A DNA stretch of 63,993 nt, counting the filler. It is 4 parts of 4 records of this genome, joined end to end, with 100 filler letters (N's around TTAATTAATTAA, not from the genome) between each part and the next. Parts side by side here need not be neighbours in the genome. Positions count along the whole stretch, not along the records: positions 20,298 to 43,010 come from DRR378314_277; 3 more parts are not named here. The stretch is one strand, 5' to 3'. Under the pieces are notes generated by a model that searched no databases, was not told the origin of the DNA, and was given only the letters and a program-made list of their open reading frames with translations. Numbering within the stretch: position 1 is the stretch's first letter; each line of letters starts with the position of its first letter. Below are positions 20,748-31,100 of this stretch, piece by piece. Both the position numbers and the translations under genes were made by a program.

Positions 20748-23700
20748 TCATCCGTGGCTCCTCCCTCTCAATCGGTACTCGCCAACCTTGTGCATCACCT
20801 CTTTCAGAGATTGGACTTTTTGAATTTGAATCCACTGACGAACCATGTGCCGTGGAAAGCATGACTTGTCAGTAGCGTCTTCGAATGGGTTTCGTGCATG
20901 TGCAATCAGATTATTGTTCAAGAAAATCATGTCTCCCGACTGGAGATTTTCTTCGAATACTTTAGCTCGGTCTAGTTCCCTATCCAAGCAGTCGAGAGCG
21001 ACTTTTAGCAGTGGTGATATCGGCACGCCCGTCTTCCTATGGCCAGTCTCTATCCAAAAGCGCATGTACCGGAAGCGCATGGTACTGCCGTCTTCGGTGA
21101 AAATTGGGTACGCGTTGCATCGAATGCGCCTCTTCAACACCTCGGCCGAGCGAGATACACGAGAGACAATGTCACTACCAGCTCCCATGCCGTCTCCGTT
21201 TTCCATGATGTCACGAGGTAGGTTGCGCTGGAGTTCGTAGAGGAGCCAGGCTGGGAGCTGCATCTTAAGGTTTTCGAAAGCATTTGCGGCATTTGTTGCC
21301 TTGAGCTCTCCACCCTTGTATGACGGCTGGATGCACAACAGTGATATGACATCGTACACGCGATCACGAGAGGCACCATCTGTATGCCAGCCAGCTTCAC
21401 TTGATGACACTGAGAAGAGCACATTGTCAGAGTTTGTGTCCACGTTTTTGTTCTGTACGTCAAATAGCCGACCTCTCGCGCCTTGGTCGACGACGCCGAC
21501 GAAGCTGCCGATAATGTAATACATGAGTTTAGCACGAATTACTTTTTCTTCTTGCTGCTGCTCAACAGAACCGCTTCCCAGATTGAATCGATCGAGATTC
21601 ATTCCTCGCAGAAGTACCATTCCGTTATCCTTCAGGAGGCGATCACGCATACGCGCGCACAGCGCATTCGTGCAAGGAAGGGTAGTTGGATCCAACTGAT
21701 CGCCAAAGCAAAGTGTTTCGCCCGTGATGCCACGCGAGGCTAGCTCGTTGCACGTGCGCAATATTTCTTCTTGCACAAGTTCTGGAAAGTTGATTGCAAA
21801 TGCACTTTCGAAACAGCTATAGTCCTCGGGAGTCCAGTAGAGCTTAGGACTCAAGAGCCCCAGCGCACCATCTTGATCAAGTCGGTCGAGGCTTCTAGCC
21901 TCTGGCTTGCGCACTTTGAAAACCAAGTGCAATGGAAGGTCCTCTACGGACTGGAAGAACTCGGCGTCCAGCTTCATATGCTCTGGCCGAACTCCAGCTT
22001 CGCGGACATCTTCAATTTCGAAACCAATTTTGTTAATCGCAACAATGTAGTCATCTAACGTCTTGAACAACATGCGCACATTGAGTGATCGGCCGTCGCG
22101 TGTTTTGATCGTGCCTGGTAGCAGCATGTCACGAGCACTGAAGTACTGCGTCTTGTCACCGGTAGCGAAGCCGCTGTCGAATGCAAACGCACTGTTGCTG
22201 CTGTGCATGAATGCCATGAGTGGATGCGGCACGCTGAACACAAACGAACCCTCTGGTTTTAGCAACGCAAACACATCGGCGAAGATCTTATTCATGCTGA
22301 AAAGTGTGGTGTAGTTGAAGAGAAAAATTGCAACTGCAAGGTCAAAGCACCCTTCCTCCATATCAGCATCTGGTAGTACTCGCTTGATGATGCTTCCACT
22401 GGAGGCAAGGACTTTCTTGAGATTCGTTGCATCTCCTGCAATGAACACCTGGCGGTCTTTGAGATGCTCCGAGCGCGCAGCGATTTCCTTTGCTCGCTGA
22501 ACCATTTCGGGACTCGTGTCCACTCCAATCACAAAGTCCGCGCCGCATTTCTCCGTCAGAATCCGAGCTGGATAACCTTCTCCGCAGCCTACGTCAAGGA
22601 CAAGGCCGTCTCGCGCAGCGTCGTTGCACATCTCAAAGACCACAGGACGACCAGTGTAATCGCTAAGACAGTTTGGTCCGTCTCGGACCCAATTCTGCGA
22701 TTGTTTATCGTACAGCTTTGCGGCAGATTCTTGCTTTGGTACGGAGCTGGGGGTTGCATAAGTCGCAATTACACTGCTGCAGAAATCCCAGCGTGCTTGT
22801 AACATCTTGTTTGCGCCAGCCAGAAGCTCTTCGCGCCCCTGCTGCGTCGCTGCTATTTTCAAAACCTCTGTCCTTAGAGCAGCAGCGTGCGTTGTGTCCA
22901 CATCGATGTGCAAGGGCACAAAGGCGTAGTCAGTGACCTCCATATCAGTCCTCTCGAACGCGGAGAGAAGATTCGCGTACATGCCTGGCACCACAAGCTC
23001 GCATGCGAAATACAAGAGCCCAAGTGCTGTGCCAGCAGAACTGTCAGAGTCACAACAAGCCCATTCCATTGCACTCGCCAATATTTGCCCGTGCTACCGC
23101 TTCCGTTCTGTAGAAAAATCCATAGTTTCCCAATCGACAGCATCAAGGAGGGCTTTGCCGCAGTAAACGCGCTCGAGTTTTTCCGAAATGGTGTGCCGCG
23201 TCAAGTTACGGAGCATGCGCTGGAAAAGCGCTGGATGGGGAACACCGTCGACTTCTTCGACCCGAATACCCAACGCAGCGATTTCCTCTTTGGTCTCTTC
23301 ATCGTAGTGACCCATCTCTTCCTCCAGATTTTCGTCTAATGCTTCAGTAGCTGTCCCAAGTTTATCCCGAGCTTCGCGTACGCACTTTCCGAAGACCATA
23401 CTGAGAGCTGAATACTCGTGCAGGAATGCCAGCAGCATACCGGTATTGTCCTCGTATTTTCCGTCACGAAGGTTATGCAAAACGTGATGTTTCACACCAG
23501 GGTGTTCTTGAGCAAGCTTCTCTACAGCAGTTACAAAGTCCTCGGCGTCAAAGTGAGCTGGATTCAGCAGAATTCGCGGAAAGCCCGGTGGTAGCTCGTT
23601 CAAGACAGCAGGGCTCGTGCCTGTCTGTGCCACAACAGAATCGTACCGCTGCACCACGTGAACAAAGTTCTTCAGGATCACAGAGCCACGTTTATCGAGC

Positions 23701-24092
23701 CTAGTCAACCTGGACTTGAGGTGGTCCTTCAATTGGTGGACTTCTTGCTTCGCATCATCCTGGTTGGAACTCTGCAAGCCTTCCAGGTAGGCACTCAAGT
23801 TCTTGACAGCTTCCCGGTGACTTGCACATGCCTCGTACGTTTCTGTTTTGTAGAGTTTTCTCAGCGTAGTGTGGTTGAGCGTAAACTCTTCTCCGTCACC
23901 ACACTGCAGCGCTAAACTTTGCCACAGCTCCTCACCATCGCCACCTGGGTATCCGATGTCGCGAAGCAGGCCCAACCACTTTTCCTTATCAATGGGGCCG
24001 CCCCGCTTCCGACATGAACGTTCCAAGGCATCCAGAGCTTCCTGCTGCAGGGACCTGCCATGCTCTCTCCCTCCGGGCAGTCCTTGAGGAGC
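20748..24092 (-). CDS. Tri-domain fusion: heme-oxygenase-like diiron oxidase + class I SAM methyltransferase + TauD/TfdA Fe(II)/2OG dioxygenase; one internal in-frame TAG (possible pseudogene)
   Basis: ORFs 23094-24026 and 20748-23081 share a frame and are separated only by TAG at 23096-23094. HDO ligands NLEEE, PH, ACE, H-x3-D-x2-H; MT motif LDVGCGEG and GVDTS; TauD WHTD, IAHAR, RHMVRQW. Frame opens at a splice acceptor (ctctacag) before 24092. Confidence 0.8.
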
Positions 24093-24366
24093 CTGTAGAG
24101 TGAGATAGGCGCATCATGAATGTTTACAAAGGAAGAGTGTAGAAAAAAGGCAGGGTTAGAAAACTTGGTTGACGGCGGTTGAGACTAACTATTGCTGCTT
24201 GATGTGAGAGCAGTGTTACCGCCTCCCGTATTCTAAGATTGTAGAGGCGAGAGGAAATGTCCCATTTCCACAGCGTATGAAGCAAATGATTCTTAATTCT
24301 ACTATATTAGACACAGCGCGGCAGAGCCAATCAAAGGTTCGACGGGCGCTCGGTTTGTACTGTTTT

Positions 24367-24850
24367 ACGCAAGACCGCCATTGGGCCGTAGCCCGACGCG
24401 TCGGCCGAACAGAGTCGTAGACGGTTCCCGCCGCTGCCTACCCGGCCCCAAGATTGTTCTTGGCGCGCGAACTATCATGGCATCTATTCTCGTCTGATAC
24501 CTGGCAGCCGCAACAAGTTGCTCCCCTGTGGTCACTGCAAACGTGGGTTGTAACTAGGGGGGCGCATGAGAAAACGCTCTAGCAGCAAGATGCAGCTCGT
24601 GACGCACAGAAGCACCCGCCCTTTGGCCGGAAGCGAGCGGCGTCGGCCGAACAAAGCTGCCTAGGCTTTCCGCTGCTTCGCACCCGCACGCCCAGTTTGT
24701 TCTTGGTGCGTAAACAATCAGTGCGACTTGCATTGTCTCATACATGACAGCAGTATAAGAGGTACTCATTTGCAGCTGCTAGGTACCCGCTTCAACGGCA
24801 GTTTTATCAGCTAGAAACCCTACATACATGAGAAAAGCTCTACCAGCGGC
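24367..24850. repeat. Diverged tandem duplication, two copies of about 240-260 bp
   Basis: Collinear shared words: GCGTCGGCCGAACA (24398 and 24640), TTGTTCTTGG, GTCT.ATAC.TG.CAGC, CATGAGAAAA(C)GCTCTA (24565 and 24827). Confidence 0.7.
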
Positions 24851-27800
24851 AAGCGGTAAGCGACAAAGTGGGCAGCCAGAGCGGGTTCTCGTAGCCCCTT
24901 GGGTCCCAGCCTCTGCCATGCGCACTATTTCTCAGCACATACGCAGCAAGTGCGTCTTATTACCCCCTAAAGTGCTTAGCCAATGAACTCAATATTTTTG
25001 AAAGCGACCCCAAACCAATAACAAGCATATGGCTACCTCACAACGAGGAGAGAAGCGGCGTGCAGGAGAGCGGAGAAATACTGCCCCCCTGTTTCCTTGG
25101 CATAGTACCCATACGCAATCTCATACACCTGGTGAAACTCGGGAAAAAAACTAATGAGAGTCAGTCGCAAAATGGAACTGATTTTGCAGCTACTTCAATT
25201 ATGAGCTCCTCGTGGTTTCTTCATCAACGGAACATGGCGCAGCGCAGGGCGTGCCGCCTACGCGCACCTCTCGTTCTCCGAGAGCGCTATGCACGCAGCC
25301 GCAGCGACTTCATAGGACGTATCCCCTGCCAGCTCGCTCAATAGCATTCCCAGCGATGTATGGGCACGCGGACACGCACGTACGAAACAAGCCACAAATG
25401 TGCATGGAATAACTGGATCTCAAAAGCAGGGGCTGCTGATATTGGAAAGGAGAGCCACTGAAAGTATACGCGTGCACTTCTCCCATGGCTGGAAACCAAG
25501 AGCACAGAAGCACGTGACGCGCACGAGCCCTTGTCGCCTTTGCACAAGTGATGGAAAAAGGCCATCATGTGATTAGAACTGAGCAATTTTGCAGAAGGTA
25601 AAACGATAAAACTTCAATACATTCAATATATCTACAACCGAAAGAAAACGGCAGTCGCAAACTACCCTCACTTGGAAGAAGAATGCGCCGAGATGCCGCG
25701 AGCCGTCACCACATAGAACACTTAACAAATGATGGGCAAAGAGAGCAGCGTCCGAAAATACCACGCGCGGGGGAGCCCGCACCCTCCTGTAATATTCCAC
25801 AGTACAAAGCTGCCTCCTTGCTTCCAAGTCTTTGATTTGGTAAATATAAACCAATAATGCACTTACGTTGCATACCCACACAAACAAAAACGTGCTCTTA
25901 AAAAACCATGAGCAAAATGTCCAATACGTTGATCATTTTTGTGCTCTCAATCTGCCCCTGAACTATTAGCATGAAACTTTTTCAGCTTCCTGGATAGCTC
26001 AAGGAAACCCCAAGCACTAGGATGCACCGCGTACGCGCTGCAGTCATCTCGCTTGCGAAAGCTACACAGTTTATGCGCAGCAGAATGAATTGCACACCCA
26101 GCAGATAAAACTTGCCAATATCTCGTCCTCGGCTTTCTTTTCGGCTTGCATTGGCACTTCGGCGACATGAACCGCAACGGGGGGCGCTTTTGGCATCATT
26201 GTGCTGCTGGCAAGCTTGCAAGGTGGGAGGAGAAACGGAGATAGCTTCTCGCGTACTGAACAGAGGAAAACAAATTCCCAGTGGACTCCGATGCCCCGCA
26301 CTTGCGATGATACCTGGAAACTGGCGATACGCACATGCTACAAGGGCTAGGGGAAACGTGACCCTGGCGAAAAGCCTCGCCAGGGGTCAAGTGCCTATCT
26401 CTATTCCTGCTGAGTATGCGGTTTACTTCGCTAGGTCGTAGCTGCTTATTCGGAATCGTTCAGGCACTTTTGTGCAAAGCGTCGTACCGCACTGCATAAG
26501 AATACGTGCTTCCGCTGCTTCCGAGAAAGAATCTCGATAGCCAAATCATTCAGCCAGTAAGGAGGGGTGTGCAAAGGCTCCAAGGTTGCCCGGCGCTACG
26601 TTGCACAAGCTTGGCCTTGTTCACAGCGAGCCCAAAGGAATCCCGCACTCTTGGAGAACACTCTGCTTGGTTGAGGCTGGGCTTGACAAACTTGGGATAG
26701 TCTCTGCACAACGCTTATCATTCCACAGTGCTACCCTTTCCATAATCAGAGATATCGCATCGTATTACATTGTCGAGAAGTTGCACGGTATGCAACCGCT
26801 GATACCCCAATTCGTGGCACGGCAGCCGGAGAGCTATCACAAAGTGCATCACATTAGTGCGTGACCATTTGTTGCTTCGCTGCTGTTGTATCCAGCAAGA
26901 GCACCGCACTTCATTTCCAAAAGTACAGCACACAAGATATAGGCATGGATGAGAAACAAGCAAAAATAAAAGCTGGCACCGACTTGCAAATATTCTCAGC
27001 CCGGTATTGCCACGCGAGAGGTGAATGCATGCATTCTGGACACGCTGCGAAGCTGCTTTCCATGGGTTACGCACAGGTACTAGAGATGTTGAAAGGGTCA
27101 ACACGACGCAGAAATTGTGGAACTTGTCGCCGTTTGCCAGCTCGACAAGCAAGACCATCGCTCGACTGGGCGCCTTTCACAGAATTAGACTTGGGGGGGC
27201 GTCAGAGTATCCATACTTGTTTCAGATTCAAAGGAGCATGCGCACAGGTGACCCGATTTGAAGAACAAGCCAGGCGCTCCACTCTAGTGAACGGCCAACG
27301 CGGCATGTTACGTCGCAGCGTTGTTGACCCCAGGCGAGGCTCGGATCAATCCCTACGCGGCACTGCGGCGCTTTTGCAACGCACAAAAATCGCCTGAGCA
27401 AACGGAAGCTTGCGCAAAAATGAAATTTCGCAGCATGAAACTTTCTCGTATATCACTGTATTGCAGGTGTCTTTCACAGCTATCGCTTATACGCTTGTTA
27501 TAACCGCAAGACTAAAACGAGCATTTATATCCAACCACAAACGCACTGTAGTCTAGGTGCGCGCACACGAAGGCAGCACACAAATACGGCCCATATCGCC
27601 ACGGATAGGCAGGCCGGCCTGCAAAGAATGGCCAGGGAGGCTGACCCGCGAGCTTTTCACAATAAAAGGGTACAGAGATCACACATCACATCGAATTCGC
27701 GAAAATTCCGGATGAACATTTTTTTCTTCCCGCGCACAAGAAGCGTTCCTTTGCGCAGCCGGGGCTCAGGGATTCGAATTCAAACGCCAGCGAGCCAAGG

Positions 27801-28187
27801 TGCCTGGGAGATCCGTGTGCGCGCAGACACCTACAAAGGTGGTTCTGGACCGCGCAAAATATCCAGCACCGAAAGTCGCGACTACACCGGCGCGCGTTGC
27901 AATATATATTGCAAAATGTATTCATGGTTAGCTTCATCAAAAACGGATTTGGTTTAGACGCGCGAAGGAAGCAGTGTGCGCAGAGGGCGCGGCGAGCTGC
28001 GCGCGGCAGAGTCGAGAGCACTGCCGCGCGCCGAACCCCGGCGCGCTCCATATGCGAGGCGCCCGCAAGCTACTGACTTGTGCTAAAAATACGTCCTTCC
28101 GACACACTGCAACTTGCTCGCAGATGCACCTATGAACACGATTGAAATCAGCAGCAAAAAGACCAACCATACCGACCGACCGATACA

Positions 28188-31100
28188 TCAAGCGCCCCGT
28201 ACCTGCTTCTGCCTCGTCTCCCACCTTTCATACGCGCGCGCGCTATCCTTGTCGGCTCCCTCCGCGCCAGCACCCTGGCGCTCAAGACCACGAACTCTGC
28301 TGCGTTGGACATCGAAAACTCGCGGAGAACTGGCCCGTTCCGCAGTGGGAGACGCGCGGTTGGATGAAAATGGAACGGAATCTGTGTCCACCTGTTCGGG
28401 CTCGCAGCCACTATCACCACTGGAGTCCAGACTTTCGACAGAATTACCGTTCTCGGCGTCCGCGCCGCGCATGCAGGCGCTTCGTCGCAAGCGGGCCCTT
28501 CTCGAGGTATTTTCTGCACTCGATGATACTGTTGGTACGGGATTTTCATCGCTAAGATATTCCTTACTATCACGACATGGTCGATTTCCAGTGTGTTCCA
28601 CGTCCGAAAGAGATGCACCGCTCTCTGCGTTCCGATCTAGATTGTCAGCAGAGCCGACTCGTGCATCACCGGAATCGGTAGACGGCGCTGCCCGCGGACC
28701 GCTCGCTGCCTTGTGCTCACTAGATGCGACTCCAGGCGTGATCATGGGCTGCTGCTCGCCCAAAGCAGTCGCGTGATTCAACTCTTGATCGGCATGTGAT
28801 AACGGGACGCTTACGGCGCCTCGAACACTTGTGTGCACCGACACTGCAGCCCCTGCCGCGCTCTCCGCCGATCCACGCGCGTCATCCTGATACAGATTGC
28901 CAGACGGAGCCGTTATCGTGCTTCCCACAGTCGGCTCCGATACTGCAGCCATGTCCTCGCCATCCCCGCGCTGCTCTCCAGCAACGCCCGTTGACTCCGA
29001 CCAGCACTCGGTTTTACTCGATATATCGGTGCGCTGCGACACAACGCCCGCCTGTTCGCCGTCTACATCATCTGGAGCCCTGCGACCAATGGCATGATCG
29101 CCACTGATCGCATGTACCTCTAGCTCGCGCCTCGTTTCGCTCGCCGTTACCTCACATTGCGACCCAACGCCTGCCTGCTCGTTCTCCGCAGCACATGGAG
29201 CGCCGCTGGTGCCGCCACGCCCCCCGCTCGCCGCTTGTCCTTCAAGCCCGCGCTCGCTGAAACCACTACAACGGCCATCCTCCGCTCCTCGCGCCGCTGT
29301 GCCTCCATTCCCGGGCCCGATCCCATTCGGGTTGGGCTCGTCACCACACACGCCATCATCGCGCTTAGGGTTATCTTCGATCTTTGCATCATTGTCACAA
29401 TCTGCTGCGCACTTCTCCTCTTCTTCCCGGAAAGCGAGTCCTTGCAATCTCGTGGCGCCTCTTCCAGGGACTTCGTCCTCGACCCCTTTAGCGCTACCTG
29501 ACTGGCTTGCATTCGGCAACTTCGCCGATGCATTCTCAGAAGCACGCAGCGGGGAAGGACTTACCACCGTCAGCGCCTCGCCAAATTTGCCCGAGGGCGA
29601 CGAAGGCGCAAAGGGTATACCGTCTCCACCACGCCGAGGCTGATCCGTGCGCGAGCTGCGCGTCTGCACAGATGGTGGCACGGCCGCAAAGAGCGCCAGC
29701 GCCTGCGCCCCCGCGCCCGACCATTCCCCGAGAACATCGCTATCCCACGAACGATTCCGACGATGCACAGGCGTGCGCCGGACAAATGGGCGAGGCGGAC
29801 CGGAGAGCTCGTCATGCTCTTCTGCAATGCCTGCTTCGTGCCCAGACAACTCCGCTGACGAATCGGCCGGCCCTTCCACGAGAGTCGCACGGACCGGCAC
29901 AGGAGGTCCATCGTCCAGCCCCGTGCTCTGCTCGTCAGTGCTGCTCGTCGCACGCGCGAGCTCGTATGACGCGCGCCTCGAACGCAACGGGCTAGATACA
30001 GAGAGGTGCGTCGAGTTTGCAGACCCGGAAACACTCGCACGTCGCGGCGGCGTCGCAGACCCGGAAACACTCGCCCGTCGCGGCGGCGTCGCAGACCCGG
30101 AAACGCTCGCGCGACGCGGCGACGACGATACTGATCCAGCGCCCGAGGAGATACCGCGCGCTGCGAGGGCTTGCTGGCTCTCCGCGTGTGACACGTTCTG
30201 CACAAGTGCCTGAATCTGTTGCATGAATGCGGTCATATCCGCCGCTGGGCCGCCAAGTGTCTCGTAGGCTCCAGCAGCAGAACGCGCGTTGCTTGCATCC
30301 GTACTTGTGCTAGTGAGCGATCCAGCCCGCGCGTCGCGCCGCTTGGAAGTGTTTGCGGCTTTGTCGGCCAGCACCTCGGCAAGCTCGACGTCGATTGAAA
30401 TCTCGCGCAGCCCGCCTTCATCATCGAGCGCATCTTCCATATCGAACAAGTTCCCCAAAATCGGCTGCAGGTCCAAGATCCATTCCACATAGCATGTGTC
30501 GGCACGCTGCACCGCCGAGCCAAAGGAAAATGCGGCGAGATGCTCGTCCACCGACGAGCTTACATAGTCGACAACCTCTGAATCGGGATCGACCGGCGCA
30601 GCAAACTCGGTTGCGAAAATCGTGTTCTCCAGCCATTGGCGCAGCTCGCATACACGGAGCGCGAGGCGGCGCCGCACAACATCGGCACACCGCCGCTGCG
30701 CGCGCTCCAGGTGCTCGCGCGCGGCGGCGCGGAGCGATGCGTCGCCGCGTACTCGAACAACCACTTTAACGCGAAAGTCCTCGTCGTCAAACTGCGGAGC
30801 AGTTACAACCAAGGGCGATGGAGGCGTCAGCACAGCAGCGCTTGGCAAATTGGGGGCTTGGAGATTGCCGACGGCGGGGCGCACTGTCGATGTTGTGGAA
30901 GCCTCGTCGGATGAATACGCCTCGTCGAGCCGCAGCGGCGTCACACCTGCGCGGAAGCTTGTCCCCGAGCGAGGCGACTGCCCCATATCCGACGACGACG
31001 TGCGCGCAAACGAACCCCGTCCCGCAGGCGGTGTGATCCACGGTGACGCTCCCAGTGGCACACTTCGCCGGACTGGGCCAGCCGGCGACTGAAGCTCGCG

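Noticed and set aside
23094-23096. Genome-wide TAG codon reassignment
   Set aside because: Thousands of codons in the kinesin and dynein ORFs have no internal TAG, and TAG terminates other genes
23850-24010. EF-hand-like helix-loop-helix at the N-terminus of the fusion enzyme
   Set aside because: The resemblance is weak and the Ca-binding loop residues are not conserved, so it is not called as a domain
27755-27795. TTCGAAT T-loop-like motif suggesting a tRNA
   Set aside because: No acceptor, D or anticodon stems can be built on either strand
30019-30126. 36-bp repeats as a possible CRISPR array
   Set aside because: Head-to-tail with no spacers, in frame within a eukaryotic CDS, and no cas genes
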